Part shown: positions 59,001 to 64,000 of the stretch, one piece after another
Layout of the letters: each line of letters starts with the position of its first letter
Position numbering within the stretch: position 1 is the first letter of the stretch
Source: a virus
DNA: 64,000 bases
Virus record (IMG/VR): IMGVR_UViG_3300029267_003703
Location: 21,448 to 85,447 of that record
Reading direction: 5' to 3' (one strand)
Translations under genes and position numbers: made by a program
The notes under the pieces: model-generated
The model's input: only the letters and a program-made list of their open reading frames with translations
Told to the model about the DNA's origin: nothing
The model's database searches: none

Positions 59001-62000
59001 AAGCCATCCAGAACGGCTCCCCTCTTCCCCCTCCGAAGCCCTCGTTCGCCTTCTCGAAGTTCAACGACTACCTGAAGGCGTCGGGCGTCAACATGGAGAA
59101 GAACGGGCATCGGTTCGTGCTGACGCCGATGACCGACAAGCAGATCAGGGACATGAGCGCCGGCAAGCTGCCGAAGCCGGACCGCAAGCTCAGCTACAAG
59201 CTCGACAAGGACGGCAACCCTATGCCCGTGAAGGGTGGGCTGTTTGACGAGCGCATCACCGGCGGGCACGACGGCAAAAACTGGTCGCACATCGAGCTCG
59301 CTGAGCCCATCCCGAACCCCGTGTTCGAGGCCCCCGTACGCGCGCTCACCGGGCTGACGCAGAAGCAGTTCAACGATGTCATGGCCGGCCGCGCCGGCGT
59401 CACCCCTGGCGGCGCCTTCACGGACAACCCCCGAGCAGGGCTGACTGGCGGGCACGCCATCAAGAGCATGCTCAAGAAGGTGGACGTGCAGGCTGACCTC
59501 GAGCGCGCCAAGGCCGAGCTCAAGAGCACGCCCAAGACCAAGGTCGACGCCACGCTCAAGAAGGTCAAGTACCTCGAGGCGCTCAATCGGACTGGGCACA
59601 CGGCTGAGGAGGCGTACATCCTGCACAACCTGCCCGTCATTCCTCCGAAGCTGCGCCCCGTCTCCATCCTTCCGGACGGCAGCCTCAACGAGGCGGACTT
59701 GAACGGGTTGTACTCGGACTTCGGCCAGCTCAACGCGCAGATGGGTGACCCCGTCATTCGCAACAAGCTGCCGGAGGAGCGTAAGGCAAACCTGCGGGGC
59801 GCTTACTACGACGGCGTCAAGGCGCTCATGGGCATCGGCATTGCCCACAAGGACCAGAAGCAGAAGGGCCTGCTCAACCAGATCCACGGCCCTGAGCCGA
59901 AGAAGGGGTTCTTCCAGAAGACGCTGATGAATCGCCGGCAGGACCTGACGATGCGCTCGACCATCGTGCCCGAGCCCTCCCTGGGCTTGGATGAGGTGGG
60001 CATCCCAGAGCACTACGCCATGGACCTGTTCCGTCCCTTCGTCGTCAAGCAGCTGGTGCAGTCCGGGTCGGCTAAGTTCGACCTCGACGCGCACAAGATG
60101 ATCAAGGCGAACGATCCTCTCGCGAAGAAAGCACTCGAGCGGGTGATGGACGACAAGCCGGTGCTACTCAAGCGCGACCCTGCGCTGCACAAGTACAACG
60201 TGCAGGGCTTCAAACCGCGGCTCGTCGAGGGCAAGGCCATCAAGATCCACCCCCTGACGTGCTCGGGCTACAACGCGGACTTCGACGGCGACACCATGAG
60301 CGTGTACGTGCCCATCTCTCGGGAAGCCGAGGCTGAGGCGCACAAGATGATGCCCTCGAACAACCTGTTCAGCGACTCGACGGGTAAGGTGATGTACCAG
60401 CCGACGCACGAGTCCGCGCTCGGTCTGTACAAGCTCACGCGCGTCGACAAGAAGACGAACAAGACCTTCGCAAACCCGGGTGACGCCATCAAGGCCGCGC
60501 AGGCCGGCAAGATCGGGGTGACGGATCTGGTCAGCATCAAGGGTACTGGGCAGACGACGGCGGGGCGCCTTCTGGTGGCCGCCGCGCTTCCGCAGGACAT
60601 GCAGAAGCAGATCGTCAACGACCACAAGTTCGTGCTCGACAAGAAGGGCCTCAACACGATGCTCACGACGCTCGCCAAGCAGAGCGGAGGACTTCAGGAG
60701 GGGCAGCGCAACACGTACGGCCAGTACGTCGACAGGCTCAAGGATCTGGGCAACGGCGCCGCGTCGGGCATGGCCCCCGTTTACTTCGACAAGTCCCCGG
60801 GCAACAACGTGCTCGACCCCAAGAAGCAGCAGTTCGTTCGCATGGACGCGCACACGCTCAACCTGAACGACCTGTCGCCTGACAAGGCCACGCGCGACCG
60901 CATCCTTGCTGACACGCAGAAGAAGGTGGATGCAGTCGGCAAGATGAGCCTCTCGCAGGCCGAGAAGGATCGGCGTGCGGTCGATCTGTGGACGCAGGCC
61001 GACAAGACGATGGGCATGGCCCACAAGCGCAAGATGATGCAGAAGCCTAACAACCTCGGCATCATGAACATGAGCGGCGGCAAGCCGAACTGGGACCAGT
61101 ACAAGCAGTTCACCCTGGCTCCGATGCTCGTAACCGACACCTCAGGCAAGACCGTGCCCATTCCCGTCGACAAGAGCTTCAGCGAGGGGCAGGACGTCTC
61201 GGGCTACTGGGTCGGCATGTACGGAGCTCGCATGGGCGCCGTGCGCAAGGTGCAGGAGGTGCAGGAGCCAGGCGTCATCACCAAGGCCATGCAGAACACC
61301 ACGATGGACAACCTCATCGTGGACCACGACTGCGGGACGACTGGAGGAGTGTCGCTCAACGTCCACGACCGCTCCATCGAGGGCCGGCACCTTGCCAGCG
61401 ACTTCAAGCACGGCAAGTTGCACGTGCCGGCGGGTACCGTGCTGAGCCCCGACATCATTGGGCAGATCCGCTCTGTGAAGAAGGACGCGAATCTCGTCGT
61501 GCGCAGCCCGCTCAAGTGCCAGCACGAAAAGGGCATGTGCCAGAAGTGCATGGGCATCGGCCCCGACGGCAAACACTATGAGGTGGGCACGAACGTGGGC
61601 GTCATGGCGGCGCACTCGCTGGGGGAGAAGACGACGCAGATGATGCTCAACTCCTTCCACACCGGCGGCGTGGCCACGGGCCGCAAGGACCCGTTCGAGC
61701 AGTTCAAGCAGCTGGTGAACCTGCCGGAGAAGGTACCGAACGAAGCGACCCTCGCCGTGCGTTCGGGCACCATCACCAAGGTCGAGCCCCACAAGCTGGG
61801 GGCGTACGTGTACATCGATGGGCAGCCCCACTTCGTCGGCCGTGACCGTGGGGGCAAACCGCTGAACGAGTCGCTTCCGGTCCCCGGCTTCAGCTACGTG
61901 CCTTGGCAGCCGCCGAAGGCAGGGATGAAAGTCAAGGCGGGGCAGATCCTGAGCGACCCCAACCGCACGACGATCAACCCTCACCACCTTCATCAGGCCA

Positions 62001-62479
62001 CGGGCAAGATCGACGTCGTGCGCAACCACCTGTCCAACGAGATCTACGGGCTGTACAAGGACCACGGCGTGGACCGCAAGCACGTGGACGTGCTCGTGAA
62101 CTCCATGACGTCGACGACGAAGGTTGTGGACCCGGGCGGCTCCGACGTGCTGCGCGGCGAGTACCGCAACACCAACTGGGTCAAGAACCAGAACAAGCTG
62201 CTTCGGGCTCAGGGCCAGCCCACCGTGCAGCATGCTCCGATCCTCAAGGGGATCAACGAGATGCCCCTGCACATGCGCGAGGACTGGATGGCCAAGCTCC
62301 AGCACCAGAAGCTCAAGCAGACCATCCTCGAGGCCGCGGCCACTGGCGGGTCCACCAGCCTGCATGGCCCGCACCCCGTGCCGGGCATGGCCTACGGCGC
62401 CGAGTTCGGCATGACCTCCAAGGACGCGCTGCGCCCGGGCAAGTCCCACCTCAAAGACGTCGAACCCTACCACTACTGA
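56069..62479 (+). CDS. single-chain fused beta-beta' DNA-directed RNA polymerase (2136 aa)
   Basis: Beta motifs: TPEGPKTG, GYNFEDG, GDKLSGRYGNKG, NPAGIPGRIN, YMLKLVH. Beta' motifs in the same frame: LPVIPPKLRP, LLKRDPALH, YNADFDGD (60269-60292), RSPLKC..CQKC, SFHTGG. AGAGGA SD before ATG 56069. Confidence 0.97.
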   Translation: MAYLDPQEAFDHFQKKVVEGVEQQFPVKGKQRSLHLERVEVPEPPSPDDIKAQQQAKIDGKSWGVPVYAHLTLKDNATGKIVDKRKVRVAEVPMMTKRYSYIVGGQEYQVDSQWQLKPGAYTRRKQNQQLETQFNTTGPGSKTFHLNFHPDKKQFTVRWNKADIPAYPILKTLGVTDEQLKKSWGEDILDANKNARGVDGALAALYRSDRGRNPENIEQAKEHLWDTLQASKMDKSATHMTLGRPFEHVNGDALHIASKRLLDVQRGGGEDDRDSLVFKRLRTAGDFALDKMNSQKWAVQNKMAKKLDTAQSVRDVVKFEHLNTAVHKTFSENQASRVASQINPLEMVSSSMQTTVMGPGGIQSEHAVIDQTKWINPSQFGFLDPINTPEGPKTGVTLRLPMGVRKKGDEPRIALTNMQTGKTEFVSPGRAMQENVLLPDQVEWKDGKPNPINGKKSKILGPGNELQVGDASKAKYVMRHPTQVFNITSNMIPYLHSTQGNRAGMASRHLEQAVSLEGRQAPLVQVATGAGKGPYDTFEGMVGAMSGHQSPIDGTVEKVTKDGIHIRGKDGVKHTVQLYNHYPLNDVKSTMHSEPLVKPGDVVKKGQHIGDTNFTKDGKLALGTNLRVAYAPLKGYNFEDGVVISESAAKAMSSVHMTKHSLAVEPDMNFDPKRFRALHAGTYKTEQLDKVGEDGVVAVGTRVKPGDPLVLATQPFKIKDRTGIGAWKKNMSGVHTDKSVKWDGDYEGEVVGVHRKGKSVQVHVRTVEPMQVGDKLSGRYGNKGIVTKILDNSQMPRTKDGSHVEVMLNPAGIPGRINPSQVFETVAAKVADKTGKPIVVQNFKPHVDQLQEIKNLAKAHGVSDTEELYDPETNQSLGQILTGKQYMLKLVHQVEKKGAVRSGMSLPGTDPESYDRNLQPTGGGHHGGQSMGSLGMYAMLAHGAKANIREMQTYKSEGPDPAPAEAKKWKSQHNEVWQAIQNGSPLPPPKPSFAFSKFNDYLKASGVNMEKNGHRFVLTPMTDKQIRDMSAGKLPKPDRKLSYKLDKDGNPMPVKGGLFDERITGGHDGKNWSHIELAEPIPNPVFEAPVRALTGLTQKQFNDVMAGRAGVTPGGAFTDNPRAGLTGGHAIKSMLKKVDVQADLERAKAELKSTPKTKVDATLKKVKYLEALNRTGHTAEEAYILHNLPVIPPKLRPVSILPDGSLNEADLNGLYSDFGQLNAQMGDPVIRNKLPEERKANLRGAYYDGVKALMGIGIAHKDQKQKGLLNQIHGPEPKKGFFQKTLMNRRQDLTMRSTIVPEPSLGLDEVGIPEHYAMDLFRPFVVKQLVQSGSAKFDLDAHKMIKANDPLAKKALERVMDDKPVLLKRDPALHKYNVQGFKPRLVEGKAIKIHPLTCSGYNADFDGDTMSVYVPISREAEAEAHKMMPSNNLFSDSTGKVMYQPTHESALGLYKLTRVDKKTNKTFANPGDAIKAAQAGKIGVTDLVSIKGTGQTTAGRLLVAAALPQDMQKQIVNDHKFVLDKKGLNTMLTTLAKQSGGLQEGQRNTYGQYVDRLKDLGNGAASGMAPVYFDKSPGNNVLDPKKQQFVRMDAHTLNLNDLSPDKATRDRILADTQKKVDAVGKMSLSQAEKDRRAVDLWTQADKTMGMAHKRKMMQKPNNLGIMNMSGGKPNWDQYKQFTLAPMLVTDTSGKTVPIPVDKSFSEGQDVSGYWVGMYGARMGAVRKVQEVQEPGVITKAMQNTTMDNLIVDHDCGTTGGVSLNVHDRSIEGRHLASDFKHGKLHVPAGTVLSPDIIGQIRSVKKDANLVVRSPLKCQHEKGMCQKCMGIGPDGKHYEVGTNVGVMAAHSLGEKTTQMMLNSFHTGGVATGRKDPFEQFKQLVNLPEKVPNEATLAVRSGTITKVEPHKLGAYVYIDGQPHFVGRDRGGKPLNESLPVPGFSYVPWQPPKAGMKVKAGQILSDPNRTTINPHHLHQATGKIDVVRNHLSNEIYGLYKDHGVDRKHVDVLVNSMTSTTKVVDPGGSDVLRGEYRNTNWVKNQNKLLRAQGQPTVQHAPILKGINEMPLHMREDWMAKLQHQKLKQTILEAAATGGSTSLHGPHPVPGMAYGAEFGMTSKDALRPGKSHLKDVEPYHY

Positions 62480-62536
62480 TCCTTCAGACTCCTCCTGTTG
62501 CTACGCAACACTGGCTCTTTTTCTGTCAGAAGAGGA

Positions 62537-62616
62537 TTGAAGTACAGTCGATATTCCCTGACGTTTGACGTGACACGTTAGAGCTCAGGCGAAAACTATC
62601 GACTCTTTTACTTCAA
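62537..62616. repeat. 80-nt imperfect inverted repeat in an AT-rich intergenic region
   Basis: Nested arms TTGAAGTA/TACTTCAA, AGTCGATA/TATCGACT, CCTGA/TCAGG and TGACGT/ACGTTA. Confidence 0.75.
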
Positions 62617-62638
62617 GTTTTACACTTTAGGAGGTAAC

Positions 62639-63229
62639 ATGCCCGTCAAGAAGTGGGTGCTCACCGTCGTCAGAGACGGGGAGAAGACCAAGACCAAAGT
62701 AGAAGAGAAGATGGTCGTCATGGACCAGACCCACGCGGTCGTCCTCAGTCGAGGCGGCAGCACTGGTACGGTCGTCAAGAAGGAGAGAGTCTTTGACGAT
62801 GCGAAGTCGGCGCGCATCGCCGCGGCACGAGGCGGCAAGCCTTGTTGGGTATTCGTGGTGACCCGGGAGCACGTCCGCGGGCTCTCCGACAAACCCGAGC
62901 GACCCGAGGTCTTTTACGCCTACGTCTATCCGGCCCCGTTCGGTGGTTGGACCGTGCAGCGGGTCAACGAGAAGAAGGAGCCACTCGGCCGGCCCATCAC
63001 CGTGTACCACATCTCGAGGCACACCCGGGAGAGCGCGGCCCTCAAGGAGATGGCCAGGTGGGTGGCCATGACCCGCCCCGAGCTTCGCAAGTCCCGCAAG
63101 CTGCTCGAGCTGGAGGAGAAGTACATGGACGAGGTCGTCCGGTCCCTTCGCCGCAAGAAGGTCAAGATTCCCAAGCCCGAGAAGACCAAGGGAGTTCGCT
63201 GGCGCCCGCGCGCAAGGAGGACCCGGTAA
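62639..63229 (+). CDS. basic hypothetical protein
   Basis: TAGGAGGT SD; first gene after the hairpin. Confidence 0.75.
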   Translation: MPVKKWVLTVVRDGEKTKTKVEEKMVVMDQTHAVVLSRGGSTGTVVKKERVFDDAKSARIAAARGGKPCWVFVVTREHVRGLSDKPERPEVFYAYVYPAPFGGWTVQRVNEKKEPLGRPITVYHISRHTRESAALKEMARWVAMTRPELRKSRKLLELEEKYMDEVVRSLRRKKVKIPKPEKTKGVRWRPRARRTR

Positions 63230-63504
63230 TGCCCGGCTACACCATCATCACCTGTGATGAGGACGGCATCCGGATCGAGCCGAACGTCCCCGAACAGGAG
63301 GTCCTCAAGCGGGTGACCCCGGACGAGGACGGATGCACTTACTATGGCGACGCCATCTTCTACAAGGAGATGCCGAGAGCATCTGACGGCTTCTTCCAGG
63401 ACCGTGAGCTCGGCGAAAGGACGGGAGTCTGCATCCTGCGCGGCGCCCAGGTCGTCACTCCCGTGGCCGAGGAGGTCGTCACCAAGTACAGATTGGAGGG
63501 CTAG
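63229..63504 (+). CDS. hypothetical protein
   Basis: TAATG coupling and AGGAGG SD; MPGYTII start. Confidence 0.7.
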   Translation: MPGYTIITCDEDGIRIEPNVPEQEVLKRVTPDEDGCTYYGDAIFYKEMPRASDGFFQDRELGERTGVCILRGAQVVTPVAEEVVTKYRLEG

Positions 63505-63792
63505 ATGAAGAAGATGCTCGTGCTGGCGGTTCTTCTTACCGCCTGTTGCCCAAGTAGAAGGTATCCGGACGACGTCCGCAACGAGTTCCTCGTCGAGTGC
63601 GCGCAGGACGACATCCCCGTACGGCCGTGCATCTGCGTGCTCGAGGGGTTCGAGAAGCGCTACACGCTCGAGGAGTTCCGGACCATCTCCGTGGGGATGA
63701 AGAAGGGCGCGCCGATGCCCAAGGAGATGGGAGCCATCGTCGATCGGTGCGCCCTCGAGGAGAGAGAACATGACAAGGAAAAGAAGAGGTAA
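63505..63792 (+). CDS. putative lipoprotein
   Basis: MKKMLVLAVLLTA-C lipobox; F..EC.......C.C...............C pattern. Confidence 0.7.
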   Translation: MKKMLVLAVLLTACCPSRRYPDDVRNEFLVECAQDDIPVRPCICVLEGFEKRYTLEEFRTISVGMKKGAPMPKEMGAIVDRCALEEREHDKEKKR

Positions 63793-64000
63793 GCTCGTAG
63801 GGTCTGCGGCGTACGGGCGGTGGGGCAAGAAGTTCAAGAAGATCTTGGCCGAGAGAGGGCTGACCGCTCGGAACGTGTCGGTTGCTTTGGGGCTGGCGCG
63901 CCATACCGTCGGGGCCTGGTTGCTGGGGCGCCAGGGCATCTCTTGGGAGTCGTACATGCAGGTCGTTGAGTGGGAACCCCGGCTTCGTTCTGATGAGCTG
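63770..64000 (+). CDS. Xre/Cro-type helix-turn-helix protein (3'-partial)
   Basis: Translated by hand: FKKILAERGLTARNVSVALGLARHTVGAWLLG; GAGGAG SD. Confidence 0.7.
   Translation, partial: MTRKRRGKLVGSAAYGRWGKKFKKILAERGLTARNVSVALGLARHTVGAWLLGRQGISWESYMQVVEWEPRLRSDEL

Noticed and set aside
56003-60094. Very long antisense ORFs (also 38695-42279, 13103-16315, 4867-7035, 7081-8991)
   Set aside because: They are shadows of real genes with strong GC3 bias; they have no motifs and lie fully opposite well-supported CDSs.
56069-62479. Host chromosomal rpoBC or a chimeric assembly
   Set aside because: There are no rplL/rpsL neighbours, the protein is strongly reduced and divergent, and the flanks are phage genes with matching codon style and shared promoter motifs.
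38761-62479. Inteins or introns in PolA, helicases or RNAP
   Set aside because: Motif spacing is compact, and no intein C/S...HN ends or homing-endonuclease motifs were seen.
1-64000. Genome-wide TAG reassignment
   Set aside because: Many genes end cleanly at TAG (9099, 11971, 19268, 26993, 32220, 52066, 54090) with the next gene out of frame or converging, and the conserved enzymes have no internal TAG.

Overview
This 64 kb window is a high-GC, densely coding segment of a large tailed dsDNA phage, probably with a contractile tail. No host housekeeping genes, rRNA, tRNA or CRISPR array are evident. From left to right it holds: small early-type genes (HicA-like, GIY-YIG) ending at a terminator; a + strand virion block (gp25-like and J-like baseplate proteins, PKD and beta-propeller proteins, Gly-rich fibres, a fibre with a peptidase S74 chaperone) followed by a holin and candidate endolysin; DnaQ exonuclease and dCMP deaminase; a long - strand replication/recombination operon (SF2 helicase, family-4 UDG, DnaB-like helicase, DnaG-like primase, Cys-rich SSB candidate, PolA, RecA, two resolvases, Cas4-like nuclease); a head block ending in a portal-like protein; and a 2136-aa single-chain, reduced beta-beta' RNA polymerase. 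The most striking system is transcriptional. The fused RNAP keeps NADFDGD but has lost the beta' N-terminal zinc domain, has diverged sigma-binding surfaces and has a rifampicin-resistant-type pocket. Two candidate promoter classes (a GKCATAAG-type motif and sigma70-like TAnnnT boxes) sit back to back with identical spacing at two divergent junctions. Several probable internal virion proteins share a K-x-A motif that may mark maturation cleavage. All calls come from motif recognition by eye; no database searches were run.
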